A DNA stretch of 64,000 bases from an uncultured Clostridia bacterium (GTDB lineage: Bacteria > UBA6262 > WVXT01): positions 11,531-75,530 of the forward strand of contig CAYFRM010000075.1 in assembly GCA_964345635.1 (NCBI GenBank). The letters run 5' to 3'. The notes under the pieces were generated by a model. That model was not told where the DNA came from, made no database searches, and was given only the letters and a program-made list of their open reading frames with translations. The position numbers were made by a program, and so were the translations under genes. Positions 8,125-17,615 of this stretch are shown piece by piece. Each line of letters opens with the position of its first letter. Positions within the stretch are counted from its first letter, which is position 1.

Positions 8125-9003
8125 TTGAAGGTAAGTGGATTTACTTTTGTAAAAGACGCCATAAGATTTTCGTTTCCCTTGGCGGAATCGATAAAATCGA
8201 TACTGCCCATCTGTGATGAGTTCATAATAAACGTAGGTAAGTCCGATGACGGAACTCTCAACCTGGTCAGGTCGATTAAGAACGGAAAAATCAAGATAAT
8301 CGAAACGGAATGGGATAAAGACTTCAAATATAAGGGCCGAATTCTGGCGCAGCAAACAAACATTGCCCTGGAAAAATGTACGGGCGATTGGTGTTTCTAT
8401 CTGCAAGCTGACGAGGTGGTTCACGAGAAAGACCTGGAGAAGATATCCCGGCGTATGGAGAAGGAACTTCCCCATGAAAACGTGGAAGGGCTCATATTTA
8501 ACTGGATACATTTTTATGGAGACTACTCGACTTTCATAAGCTCATACCACTGGTATCAACGAGAGGTGAGGATAATCAGGAATTTTCGCGGCATATGCTC
8601 CTGGAGTAGTGCCCAGGGTTTCCGGCTGAAGGGAAGGAAATTGAAAGTAAAAGATACCGGCGCTCACGTTTACCATTATGGTTGGGTACGACCTCCCGAA
8701 GTAATGGCCGCAAAGAAACGGTATCACGACTCTCTGCACCACGGTAACGGGTGGGAGAAGGAATATAAGAAAGAAAAATTTGACTACCTCAACCATATTG
8801 ACCCGGCGATACTCAAGAAATATGAGGGAAGCCATCCCGGAGTAATGGAAAAAAGAATCGGCGAATGGCAGGGAGAATTCGATATTGCAAAAAGTACCCA
8901 CAGATTAACATTTAAAGATATAAGAAACAGGATTTCCGATTCCATTGCCCGCAAGACGGGCTGGAGAATAGGAGAGTACAAAAATTTCATTCTGATAAAA
9001 TAG
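8125..9003 (+). CDS. Glycosyltransferase family 2
   Basis: TTG start after AGGGGAG RBS (track ORF start 8068 lies in a repeat); 'FTFVKDAIRFSFPLAESIKS...GKSDDGT' GT2 signature. Confidence 0.6.
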   Translation: MKVSGFTFVKDAIRFSFPLAESIKSILPICDEFIINVGKSDDGTLNLVRSIKNGKIKIIETEWDKDFKYKGRILAQQTNIALEKCTGDWCFYLQADEVVHEKDLEKISRRMEKELPHENVEGLIFNWIHFYGDYSTFISSYHWYQREVRIIRNFRGICSWSSAQGFRLKGRKLKVKDTGAHVYHYGWVRPPEVMAAKKRYHDSLHHGNGWEKEYKKEKFDYLNHIDPAILKKYEGSHPGVMEKRIGEWQGEFDIAKSTHRLTFKDIRNRISDSIARKTGWRIGEYKNFILIK

Positions 9004-9028
9004 GATTCCTTCTCCTCTAGGGGAGAGG

Positions 9029-9499
9029 GTGGGAGTGAAGGGGAAAAGGAGGTTCAACTTGGCCGAGACACTGGGAAGTCTGGTTGACAAATTGACTATC
9101 AAGAATATCAGGGTTGACAACTTAAGGAAAAAAGGGAAAAAGAGCAGAGAAAAGATAAGTATAGTTCAGTCCCAGCGCAGAAGATTGATTGAAGAAATGG
9201 ATCATTTTTTGGTCCAGGCATTGAAGGGAAAAGTAAAGTTGAAAGACGAAAAGGTGAAGCTATACAGAAAGTCCGGAAGGGGAGAGAAGATTTCCGGAAC
9301 GCTGGGAGCATTGGTAGATTCCTTATGTCAGAAGAACATGGAACTCTGGCATCTGGAAGACGAAGCCCGCAGGTCCGACGTGGGCGACGCCTATATCGGA
9401 AGGGTCAAAAGAAAAATAGATGTCGCCAATCTAAATCGTAATGACCTGATCGACCGCATTGACGAATTGCTGGAGAGAAAAGTCAAGAAAGGAAAATGA
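9029..9499 (+). CDS. Hypothetical basic protein in LPS cluster (possibly DUF4254-like, unverified)
   Basis: 156 aa ORF wedged between GT2 and GT9 genes, ATGA overlap with downstream gene; no motif I can assign. Confidence 0.4.
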   Translation: MGVKGKRRFNLAETLGSLVDKLTIKNIRVDNLRKKGKKSREKISIVQSQRRRLIEEMDHFLVQALKGKVKLKDEKVKLYRKSGRGEKISGTLGALVDSLCQKNMELWHLEDEARRSDVGDAYIGRVKRKIDVANLNRNDLIDRIDELLERKVKKGK

Positions 9500-10566
9500 T
9501 ATCACAGGAATTCCGTAGAATATTGATCGTAAGGCTAAGCGGGATAGGCGACGTGGTACACACCCTTCCCCTCCTGGGAGCTTTGCGCAAGAGGTATCCC
9601 CACGCGTATATTGCCTGGCTGGTGCAGAAAAAAGCAGAGGGAATTTTACTGGGACATCCCTATCTGGATGAAGTCATTACTTTTGACAGGAAGAAGTGGA
9701 TCAGTAGATTATGGCCGCTCATAAAGAGGTTAAGAAACAGAAGATTCGACCTTGTAATAGACGCCCATGGCCAATTCCGCAGCGGACTTTTTGCCTGGAT
9801 AACAGGGGTAAAGACGAGACTGGGCTTTAACGCTAAGGACGGCAAGGAATGCAACTCGCTATTTATTAATTTTAAGGCCCCCCCGTTTCCCGAAGATTGG
9901 CACGCAGTGGACAGGTATCTCGGGCTGGCCAGTCTTTTGGGAGGAGATACAGAAAAGAGAGAATTTCTGATTCAAATCGGAGAACGGGAGAAGGAAAACG
10001 GGGAACGATTTTTGGAAAGAAAAGGGATAGCAAAAGGAGAATTTCTCATTGTTCTAAATCCCGGCTCAAGCTGGAAGAGCAAAATTTGGCCAGGCAAGAA
10101 CTATGCCCGCCTGGCAGATATTCTGATAAAGAAGTTGCAGGCAAAAGTATTGCTCCTCTGGGGTCCCGGGGAAGAGGATCTAATCGAATCCATAACTAAT
10201 GCGATGAAAGAAGAACCTCTAATTGCTCCCAGAACAGATTTAAAGGAATTGGCACATATGATTTCCCGCTCGACACTGTTCATAGGGAGCGACAGTGCGC
10301 CGCTACATATTGCCGCGGCTTTCTCTGTTCCCGCAATCGGACTTTACGGGCCCACCGATCCCCGCAGAAATGGACCTTACGGCCCGGGAAATATTGTTAT
10401 CAAGAAGGACTTAAGAATCTTGTCCTGCCGCAAAAAGGGTTGCCGGAAATGCAAGACCCAGGAGTGCATGGAGCTCATAAGCGTGGAAGAAGTTGTGGAG
10501 CAGGTGGAAAATAAGATGAAAGAATTAGAAGTCGTGGGAACAAGAAATGGATGTAGAAGAGTATAG
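9496..10566 (+). CDS. ADP-heptose:LPS heptosyltransferase (glycosyltransferase family 9)
   Basis: 356 aa; 'ILIVRLSGIGDVVHTLPLL' and 'GSDSAPLHIAAAFSVPAIGLYGPTDP' GT9 motifs. Confidence 0.8.
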   Translation: MISQEFRRILIVRLSGIGDVVHTLPLLGALRKRYPHAYIAWLVQKKAEGILLGHPYLDEVITFDRKKWISRLWPLIKRLRNRRFDLVIDAHGQFRSGLFAWITGVKTRLGFNAKDGKECNSLFINFKAPPFPEDWHAVDRYLGLASLLGGDTEKREFLIQIGEREKENGERFLERKGIAKGEFLIVLNPGSSWKSKIWPGKNYARLADILIKKLQAKVLLLWGPGEEDLIESITNAMKEEPLIAPRTDLKELAHMISRSTLFIGSDSAPLHIAAAFSVPAIGLYGPTDPRRNGPYGPGNIVIKKDLRILSCRKKGCRKCKTQECMELISVEEVVEQVENKMKELEVVGTRNGCRRV

Positions 10567-11161
10567 AAGAACCAGATATAAAGGTGTGGACCAGAAGATA
10601 GTTAACCGGAAGGAAAGGAAGATACTGGAGAAAATTTTCCGGACTACCGGAGGTAATGCTATTTCCATACTGGACGTCCCCTGTGGCTACGGGCGCTTTA
10701 CCGAGTTGCTCCAGGAAAGAAGTCACAAACTGGCCAGCGCAGACGTCTCTTTTCCCATGGTCCTGACTGCGAAAAAATATTCTCCTTCCCCTGATTCCTC
10801 TCACCACTTCCTGGTAGGAGATATAAATCACCTACCCTTAAAAGAAAATTCCTTCGATTGCACCGTGACTGTCAGGTTGTTCCAGCATATCCTTAGTTCC
10901 GACACCCGCCTGCAGATTTTGCGGGAGCTCCATAGAGTGTCAAAAAAAATCGTGATAGTCTCATTTTACCGCTATAATCTATTACACAGTATCGAAAGAT
11001 GGGTGAGATGCCGTATCAAGAATGTTAGCAAAAAGATAAATATGCTGCCCTTTGGTGATTTTGAGAAAGAATTAAGTTCCATTGGATTCAAAGTGTTAAA
11101 TATTTTTCCTGTGATAAAATACTTCCACGCTCACAATATTGTATTGCTACAAAAGCTTTGA
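10547..11161 (+). CDS. Class I SAM-dependent methyltransferase
   Basis: 204 aa; 'ILDVPCGYGRF' motif I (GxGxG-like) and motif post-I 'ADVS'. Confidence 0.65.
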   Translation: MDVEEYRRTRYKGVDQKIVNRKERKILEKIFRTTGGNAISILDVPCGYGRFTELLQERSHKLASADVSFPMVLTAKKYSPSPDSSHHFLVGDINHLPLKENSFDCTVTVRLFQHILSSDTRLQILRELHRVSKKIVIVSFYRYNLLHSIERWVRCRIKNVSKKINMLPFGDFEKELSSIGFKVLNIFPVIKYFHAHNIVLLQKL

Positions 11162-11286
11162 TTGCAGTTTATATTAGCAATTATTTCAATTATATGCTAA
11201 AATAAGGTCTGGTCTTGCGGAGAGTATCTCTTTTCAACGTTTCTCTGTGTCCCCAGGGGAGGGCCGCGGGCTCTTTTTGCGGAAAG

Positions 11287-12030
11287 ATGAAAATTATCGG
11301 TATTATTCCAGCTCGTTACGATTCTAAACGATTTCCCGGCAAAGTATTAGCCGAGGTCGCGGGGAAATCTTTGATTCAGAGAGTCTACGAACAGGCAAGT
11401 AAAGCTAAAGTCCTGGATGGCGTCCTGGTAGCAACGGATAATGAAGAAATTTCCAAAGCAGTCAAAAATTTTAGAGGCAAAGCAATAATGACCTCTTCTA
11501 CTTGCAGAAGTGGTACGGACAGAGTGGCGGAAGTGGCAAAGAAACTGGATGGAGATATCTTCGTAAATATTCAAGGGGATGAACCCCTGATTTCCCCGAA
11601 AGTCGTATCGGAAGTGGCGCGGGTATTGATTGAGGATAAAACCATCAACGTAGCCACGGTTGCCCGCAGGATAATGGCACAAGGGGAACTCAATAATCCC
11701 AATGTAGTTAAAGTGGTAATAGACAAGGACGGATTTGCTCTCTACTTTTCCCGCGCGCAAATCCCTTACGTCAGGGATTCGTTGGAGTTGGAGAGTCTCG
11801 GTTCGGTCTGTTGCAAACACATCGGCCTGTACGCTTACCGGAGAGATTTTCTTCTCGATTTTGTCCGGATGGAGCAGACGCCTCTGGAGAAAGTTGAGGA
11901 TCTGGAACAATTGAGGGTCCTGGAGAATGGCTACAGGATAAAAGTGGTAATTACAGAGCACGACTCTGTTGGCGTGGACACACGGGAAGACCTGGAAAAG
12001 GTTAGAAGAATATTGAGAGAGTGTGGATAA
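11287..12030 (+). CDS. kdsB: 3-deoxy-manno-octulosonate cytidylyltransferase (CMP-Kdo synthetase)
   Basis: Start at internal ATG 'MKIIGIIPARYDSKRFPGKVL' (KdsB N-terminal signature); track ORF extends upstream through non-coding leader. Confidence 0.85.
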   Translation: MKIIGIIPARYDSKRFPGKVLAEVAGKSLIQRVYEQASKAKVLDGVLVATDNEEISKAVKNFRGKAIMTSSTCRSGTDRVAEVAKKLDGDIFVNIQGDEPLISPKVVSEVARVLIEDKTINVATVARRIMAQGELNNPNVVKVVIDKDGFALYFSRAQIPYVRDSLELESLGSVCCKHIGLYAYRRDFLLDFVRMEQTPLEKVEDLEQLRVLENGYRIKVVITEHDSVGVDTREDLEKVRRILRECG

Positions 12031-12039
12031 GGGGGTATT

Positions 12040-12210
12040 ATGGCCATTAACAAAGAGCTATTGGATATCTTAGCCTGCCCCAAATGCAAGGGCGATGTCC
12101 ATTTAAACGAGAAAGAAGACGGGATAATATGTGATAACTGTAAACTGATTTATCCTATTAAAGACGACATTCCCATAATGTTGATCGATGAAGCCATCCC
12201 GTTAAAGTAA
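12040..12210 (+). CDS. Trm112/YcaR-like small zinc-ribbon protein (UPF0434)
   Basis: 56 aa ORF missed by >=60 aa track: MAINKELLDILACPKCKGDVHL..IICDNCKLIYPIKDDIPIML; CPxC..C..C pattern; ycaR-kdsB adjacency is conserved in E. coli. Confidence 0.65.
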   Translation: MAINKELLDILACPKCKGDVHLNEKEDGIICDNCKLIYPIKDDIPIMLIDEAIPLK

Positions 12211-12273
12211 TTTGAAATCTGTAATCTGTAATTTGTGGGTGTTTTTTCCCTTAGTTACTTGTGAGAGAATTAG

Positions 12274-13107
12274 ATGGTAAAAATAGTGAAAATTGGCGAT
12301 ATTGAAATCGGAGGAAACAGACCTCTGGTTCTGATTGCCGGGCCTTGCGTTATCGAATCGGAAGACCAGATCAGAAAGACAGTAAAAGAATTAAAAGATA
12401 TTGCAGAGAAAATTAAGATTCCCTTTATTTTCAAGTCTTCCTATGATAAAGCCAATCGGACCTCCATCAAGTCCTATCGGGGCCCGGGGTTAAAGAAAGG
12501 GCTGGAAATTTTGGAGAAAGTCAAGAGAGAATTCGATATTCCATTGTTAATCGATGTTCACCAAATCGAAGAAGTGAAAGCGGTTAGTGAAGTGGCCGAT
12601 ATTTTGCAGGTGCCGGCATTCTTATGTCGGCAGACTGACCTTGTCACGTCCATAGCCCGGGCGGGAAAACCGGTAAATGTGAAGAAAGGGCAATTCCTTG
12701 CCCCCTGGGATATGAAGAATGTAATAGAAAAGATAGAATCGACCGGAAACAATAATATACTTTTGACCGAAAGAGGAAGCTGCTTTGGTTATAATAATTT
12801 GGTCGTAGACATGAAGTCTTTGCCCGTAATGAGATCCTTTGGTTACCCCGTGGTTTTTGACGCCACCCACAGCGTGCAAAAACCCGGCGGGAAAGGAACC
12901 GCCACCGGCGGGGAAAGAGAATATGTCTCTTCCCTGGCGCAGGCGGCAGTAGCAACGGGCATTGACGGACTTTTTTTGGAGGTTCACCCGCAACCGGAGA
13001 AAGCTCTGAGCGACGGCCCCAATATGGTTAAATTAAATGAAGTAAAAGAGTTATTGGAAAGACTGATAAGAATAGATAATATAGTCAAAAAGACTGGAAA
13101 AATATGA
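12274..13107 (+). CDS. kdsA: 3-deoxy-8-phosphooctulonate synthase (Kdo8P synthase)
   Basis: 277 aa; 'LIAGPCVIES', 'KSSYDKANRTS', 'VVFDATHSVQ' KdsA/DAHP-synthase-like motifs. Confidence 0.9.
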   Translation: MVKIVKIGDIEIGGNRPLVLIAGPCVIESEDQIRKTVKELKDIAEKIKIPFIFKSSYDKANRTSIKSYRGPGLKKGLEILEKVKREFDIPLLIDVHQIEEVKAVSEVADILQVPAFLCRQTDLVTSIARAGKPVNVKKGQFLAPWDMKNVIEKIESTGNNNILLTERGSCFGYNNLVVDMKSLPVMRSFGYPVVFDATHSVQKPGGKGTATGGEREYVSSLAQAAVATGIDGLFLEVHPQPEKALSDGPNMVKLNEVKELLERLIRIDNIVKKTGKI

Positions 13108-13117
13108 GACTCTGGAG

Positions 13118-13309
13118 GTGTGCATGCGTTGTCCAAAATGTGGGTATGATAACAAAGAAGATGCCAAAGTCTGCGTAAAATGTAAGGCGGATCTTAAGTC
13201 AAATCTCATAGAAGAGCCAACCTGGAAATGGCATCTGAAAGTTTTGGCGATCATCTATGCTATCCTGGGTATTGCCTATATTTTATTGCGCATATTTCTA
13301 AAAGATTAA
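13118..13309 (+). CDS. Small zinc-ribbon membrane protein (hypothetical)
   Basis: 63 aa; N-terminal CPKCG..C..C zinc ribbon then one hydrophobic helix. Confidence 0.4.
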   Translation: MCMRCPKCGYDNKEDAKVCVKCKADLKSNLIEEPTWKWHLKVLAIIYAILGIAYILLRIFLKD

Positions 13310-13381
13310 CTTTCCATCCTCTGGGGCTATGATGATAAATTCCCTTCTTCCCGGGAGGGATAATGCGAGGAGGAGTATCTC

Positions 13382-14344
13382 GTGGGAAGTATTGAAGAGG
13401 CAAAGAAGGTCTTGAAAATCGAAGCCAGGACTATAGAGAATCTTATTCCCGCTATCGGCCGCAATTTTGAAAAGGCCGTGGAAATGGTAGCTTCCTGTAA
13501 GGGAAGAGTTGTAGTTATGGGCATGGGAAAATCGGGATTGATCGGGAAAAAGATCGCCGCCACCCTGGCTTCCACGGGCACTCCCGCATTTTTCCTTCAT
13601 CCCGCAGAGGGGATTCTTGGCGACGTGGGAATGATGACCGAAGGAGACCTGGTGTTAGCTCTCTCACATAGCGGGGAAACCGCAGAGATTGAGAAACTCT
13701 TGCCGCTGATAAAGAAAATGAATCTAAAATTAATAGCCATCACCGGGAGAGCGGAATCGAAACTGGCAAAAAAGAGCGATTTGGTCATTAAAGTGAAAGT
13801 GGCAGAGGAAGCCTGCCCTTACAATCTTGTTCCTACAGCAAGCACCACGGCGATGTTAGCCATGGGCGACGCTTTGGCGATTTCCCTGCTGAAAAGAAAG
13901 AAGTTCAAAAAGGAGGACTTTGCCCGTCTTCATCCCGGGGGAATCCTGGGCAAAAGGTTACTGCTCAAGGTTGAAGACATAATGAGAAAAGGTAAAGACA
14001 ATCCCGTAATCAATCAGAGAAAGACGGTTAGAGAAGCGCTGCTGGTAATGACTAAAACCCGCCTCGGCGCAACCAGTGTCGTTGACGGTTCCGGTAGATT
14101 GGTGGGGTTCTTTACCGATGGGGATTTGCGACGCAGATTACAGAAAGACGAGAAGATTCTGGATAAGAAAATTCATGCCATAATGACCAGAAATCCCAAG
14201 ACCATTACCCGTGAGCGGCTGGCTATAGAGGCAGCAAAAATGATGCGGGATAAGAAGTTCGATAATATGCCTGTGGTAGATGGCAAAGGCTATCCCGTGG
14301 GGATCGTGGATGAAAGGGACCTTCTTTCCCAGGGCATCCTTTAA
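13382..14344 (+). CDS. kdsD: Arabinose-5-phosphate isomerase (SIS + tandem CBS domains)
   Basis: 320 aa; '[42 protein letters not shown]' SIS motif, C-terminal CBS pair. Confidence 0.85.
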   Translation: [320 protein letters not shown]

Positions 14345-14428
14345 GTAGTGTAGGGCTTTACCCCGTTAGAAATTCCCTCAGCAGAATTTGTAACAGCCAT
14401 TTCTAACGAGGTTTATGCCCGTAATATT
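14345..14428 (+). repeat. Repeat family B, copy B2 (same flanks as B1, loop reverse-complemented)
   Basis: GTAGTGTAGGGCTTTA-CCCCGTTAGAAAT-[TCCCTCAGCAGAATTTGTAACAGCC]-ATTTCTAACGAGG-TTTATGCCCGTAAT. Confidence 0.85.
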
Positions 14429-14977
14429 TTGAGGTGCGGCAAAATGGAGAAGAAAATCAAGTCAAAAGCCCGGAATATAAAAATGTTAGGAATGGACGTA
14501 GATGGCGTACTAACACCGGGCGATATTGTGATCATGGAGTCGGGAGAGGAGATAAAGAGCTGGAACGTCAAAGACCGCATGGGATTCAATCTTGCCCGGC
14601 GATCGGGAAATTTGAAGTTTGCCTGGATTTCCGGAAGAGGGTGCAAGCAGGTTGAAAAAACGGCAGAAGACCTAAAGATAGAAGCCGTCCGTCTTAAGAG
14701 AATGGATAAGAATGAAGCCCTGCAGGAGATTTTGCAAGAATTTGCACTTAAAAGGGAAAACTTCGCTTATATTGGCGATGACCTTGTGGATATCCCCGTG
14801 CTAAAGAGGGCGGGACTCTCTTTCTGTCCCAAAGATGCGCCGCCAGAAGTAAAGGAAGTAGTGGATTACGTGACCAAAACGGAAGGTGGCCGGGGCGTCT
14901 TGCGGGAAGTGGTGGAACTGATACTGAAATTGCAGGGGAAATGGGAAGAAACTACCAGAGAGTACTGTAACAAATGA
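14429..14977 (+). CDS. kdsC: 3-deoxy-D-manno-octulosonate 8-phosphate phosphatase (HAD family)
   Basis: 182 aa; 'MLGMDVDGVLT' HAD motif I, 'IGDDLVDIPV' motif; alternative start ATG at 14444 possible. Confidence 0.8.
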   Translation: MRCGKMEKKIKSKARNIKMLGMDVDGVLTPGDIVIMESGEEIKSWNVKDRMGFNLARRSGNLKFAWISGRGCKQVEKTAEDLKIEAVRLKRMDKNEALQEILQEFALKRENFAYIGDDLVDIPVLKRAGLSFCPKDAPPEVKEVVDYVTKTEGGRGVLREVVELILKLQGKWEETTREYCNK

Positions 14978-15531
14978 AAAATAAAATTTTGCAGAACAGG
15001 AGTTTTCTATGGCTATTTGCTTTTCTCATTATTCTTGGTTTATCGAGTTGTGGAAAAGAAGAACCGCAAAAAACAAAGATAACCGGAGAAAAATCTTTCC
15101 CTGACCAGGCTATACAAGACTTTACCCTCACTCATACGAATCAGGGAGAAAAGGAGTGGGAGCTGGAGGCAGAGAGAGCAGAAGTTTATGATAAAGAAGG
15201 GAAGACAATTGTACACAAACTTAAACTCAAATTTTATGAGCAGGGAAAGGTTGCTTCCGTTCTGACTGCCAGGCGAGGAGAAATCAGTTCTCCCTCAGGG
15301 GACATCGAGGTGAAGGGAGACGTAGTAGTCACTTCTCAAAAAGAGAAAATGACGTTAAACACAAATAGCCTGAAATGGGATGCCCGGCGAAACAGAATAT
15401 TTACCGATGATTTCGTTCGCCAGGAAAAAGTTGACACAATAGTCACCGGGCAAGGATTGGAATCAGATCCGGAATTGGAAAGGCTGGTAATAAAAAAGGA
15501 CGTAAAAGTAATTCATAAATCGGAAAAATAA
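14974..15531 (+). CDS. lptC: LptC-like LPS export protein (N-terminal anchor/lipobox-like, beta-jellyroll region)
   Basis: 185 aa; position kdsC-lptC-lptA-lptB identical to E. coli yrbI-yrbK-lptA-lptB synteny; hydrophobic N-terminus with LSSCG. Confidence 0.55.
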   Translation: MKNKILQNRSFLWLFAFLIILGLSSCGKEEPQKTKITGEKSFPDQAIQDFTLTHTNQGEKEWELEAERAEVYDKEGKTIVHKLKLKFYEQGKVASVLTARRGEISSPSGDIEVKGDVVVTSQKEKMTLNTNSLKWDARRNRIFTDDFVRQEKVDTIVTGQGLESDPELERLVIKKDVKVIHKSEK

Positions 15532-15532
15532 C

Positions 15533-16192
15533 ATGAAGAAAAGTATTGCACTTTTTTTGCCGTTCGTTTTTGTAAGCGTAGTTCTAGCGGAGAACCCGAA
15601 ACAAACAGTGAACATCGCCGGAGAGAGGATGGAAGTATTGAAAAAAGGGGAAATCACCCGTTTTCTGGGGAATGTAAGATTGGTCAGGCACACAGATACA
15701 ATAACTTCCGATATAATGGAACGTTATGAGAAAAAAAACTACGTGGTAGGAAAAGGAAACGTGCATCTTACGGCCTATCCGAAAAAATCCTTAAGGATGG
15801 AAGCTTTTTCTGACCGATTAACTTATAACGTAGACGGCAAGAAAAGTGTTCTTACCGGCAATCCAAGGCTTATCCGAATCGATGAAGATAATCCCGAAGA
15901 CAGAATAAAAATGGAAGGACAGGTAATAAAGCTGTCGGGTAATGAGAAAAAAATAAATGTGCAGGGCGATACCAGGGTAGAACACGGAAGAATAACTGCT
16001 ACAGGCAAACTTCTCGACTACGATTATGAAATAAAGAAAATTGTTCTTACCGGAGATTCTCCCCGTATTTACCAGGATGACGAACAGGTAAAGGCTGACT
16101 ACGCGGCAGAAACCATTACCATATTCATCGATGAAGAGAGAGTCATTATGGAGGGGAATGTAAAAGCATCTATTTATCCCAAGAAACGGTAG
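15533..16192 (+). CDS. lptA: LPS transport periplasmic protein LptA (OstA-like N-terminal domain)
   Basis: 219 aa; signal peptide, repeated OstA-like beta-strand pattern, synteny before lptB. Confidence 0.7.
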   Translation: MKKSIALFLPFVFVSVVLAENPKQTVNIAGERMEVLKKGEITRFLGNVRLVRHTDTITSDIMERYEKKNYVVGKGNVHLTAYPKKSLRMEAFSDRLTYNVDGKKSVLTGNPRLIRIDEDNPEDRIKMEGQVIKLSGNEKKINVQGDTRVEHGRITATGKLLDYDYEIKKIVLTGDSPRIYQDDEQVKADYAAETITIFIDEERVIMEGNVKASIYPKKR

Positions 16193-16196
16193 TGTG

Positions 16197-16281
16197 ACCC
16201 TTTACGGGCATAAATCTCGTTAGAAATGGATGTTACAAATTCTCCTGAGGGAATTTCTAACGGGGTAAAGCCCTGTACCAC
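16197..16281 (+). repeat. Repeat family B, copy B3 (whole element inverted relative to B2)
   Basis: CCCTTTACGGGCATAAA-TCTCGTTAGAAAT-[GGATGTTACAAATTCTCCTGAGGGA]-ATTTCTAACGGGG-TAAAGCCCTGTACC. Confidence 0.85.
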
Positions 16282-16307
16282 GAAATGTTTATATTGCATG
16301 GTGAAAA

Positions 16308-17027
16308 ATGAGCCTATTGGCAAGAGGTCTGGTCAAAACCTATTCCCGTCGCAAAATTGTCGATGATGTAGGAATAGAGATAAATGCCGGTGAGATTGTG
16401 GGTCTGCTTGGTCCAAACGGGGCTGGTAAGACTACCACCTTTTATATGATTGTGGGTCTGCTTCGTCCGGACCAGGGCAGGATATTTCTGGAAGGAAAGG
16501 ACATAACGGAGCTGCCGATGTATAAACGAGCCAGACTAGGTATCGGCTATTTGTCCCAGGAACCTTCCATATTCAGGCGACTTTCGGTCAGGGAAAACAT
16601 ATGGGCCATTTTGGAAACAACCGCGTTAACGCAGTCCCAGAAGAAACAAAAATTGCAGAGTCTACTAGGAGAATTGGGAGTGGAGCATTTAGCGGAAAAT
16701 AAGGCCTGCTTACTATCCGGCGGGGAAAAAAGAAGAGTGGAAATTTCGCGTGCCCTGGTGACCACTCCTCACTACATTCTCCTGGACGAACCGTTTGTAG
16801 GCATTGATCCCATAACCACCGCGGAAATTCAACAGATTGTTGCCCGGCTCAAGAATAACGGATTGGGAGTGCTGGTTACAGACCACAACGTCAGAGAGAC
16901 ACTGGAAATCATCGATAGGGCCTATATTATGTACGAGGGAAAAATCTTGCTTTCGGGAACTGCGAAGGAGTTACTGGAATCGGAAGAAGCCCGAAAAGTT
17001 TACCTGGGCAAAGAATTCAGGATGTAA
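16308..17027 (+). CDS. lptB: LPS export ABC transporter ATP-binding protein
   Basis: 239 aa; Walker A 'GPNGAGKTT', signature 'LSGGEKRRVEI', Walker B 'ILLDEP'. Confidence 0.9.
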   Translation: MSLLARGLVKTYSRRKIVDDVGIEINAGEIVGLLGPNGAGKTTTFYMIVGLLRPDQGRIFLEGKDITELPMYKRARLGIGYLSQEPSIFRRLSVRENIWAILETTALTQSQKKQKLQSLLGELGVEHLAENKACLLSGGEKRRVEISRALVTTPHYILLDEPFVGIDPITTAEIQQIVARLKNNGLGVLVTDHNVRETLEIIDRAYIMYEGKILLSGTAKELLESEEARKVYLGKEFRM

Positions 17028-17037
17028 AAGCGAGAAA

Positions 17038-17066
17038 TTGACAAAATCATAAAAATATAGTTTAAT
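17038..17066 (+). promoter_or_regulatory. Candidate sigma70-type promoter (TTGACA-17-TTTAAT) upstream of ptsN
   Basis: Consensus -35 hexamer with 17-nt spacer in the 93-nt lptB-ptsN gap. Confidence 0.4.
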
Positions 17067-17120
17067 TGTAAAGCAAAAAAGCGAAAAAAAAGACCATTTT
17101 TCATAGGAGGAGAGAGAAAG

Positions 17121-17573
17121 ATGAAGATTATGGGGTTTCTTTGCAAGGAAGCGATTGAAGTCGATTTGCAGGCAATCAAGAAGAAAGAAGCGTTAAAAGA
17201 ACTAATTGATAAACTGATAGCCGCCAAGAGGATAAAGGAAAATGCAAGAGACAAAATACTGCAGGCTTTATTGGACAGAGAAAAATTAGGCTCCACGGGA
17301 ATTGGACAGGGGGTGGCGATTCCCCACGCAAAAACAGATAGAGTAGCGGATATCGTCTGCGCATTTGGTACGTCCAGCAAGGGAATAGAATTTAATGCAC
17401 TGGACGGAGAAAAGGTATACATAATTTTTCTCCTCATCGCTCCCCAGGAGTCAGCGGGAATGCATCTGAAGGTTCTGGCAAAGATATCCCGGCTTCTTAA
17501 AGATAAGTTCTTTCGCCAGGCACTACGAGAGGCAAAGGCGCCTGGTGAAGTAATTAAGATCATAAAGGAATAA
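17121..17573 (+). CDS. ptsN: PTS EIIA(Ntr)-type regulatory protein
   Basis: 150 aa; 'GIGQGVAIPHAKT' phosphorylation-site histidine motif; follows lptB as in lptB-(rpoN-hpf)-ptsN-rapZ loci. Confidence 0.75.
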   Translation: MKIMGFLCKEAIEVDLQAIKKKEALKELIDKLIAAKRIKENARDKILQALLDREKLGSTGIGQGVAIPHAKTDRVADIVCAFGTSSKGIEFNALDGEKVYIIFLLIAPQESAGMHLKVLAKISRLLKDKFFRQALREAKAPGEVIKIIKE

Positions 17574-17615
17574 GATACTTACTAGTTACGGGACGGCAAA
17601 AAGATTAATGGGTAA

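Noticed and set aside
9897-10199. 100-aa R/S-rich + ORF
   Set aside because: An alternative frame inside the GT9 heptosyltransferase gene, with biased composition and no support.
11162-11286. GC-rich CCCCAGGGG..GGCCGCGGGCTCTTTTTG segment before kdsB as a terminator
   Set aside because: The stems are short and irregular. A convincing hairpin plus U-run could not be drawn, so it is left uncalled.
11347-11961. 204-aa minus-strand ORF
   Set aside because: Antisense to kdsB.
17000-17563. 187-aa minus-strand ORF
   Set aside because: Antisense to ptsN, which has clear EIIA(Ntr) motifs.
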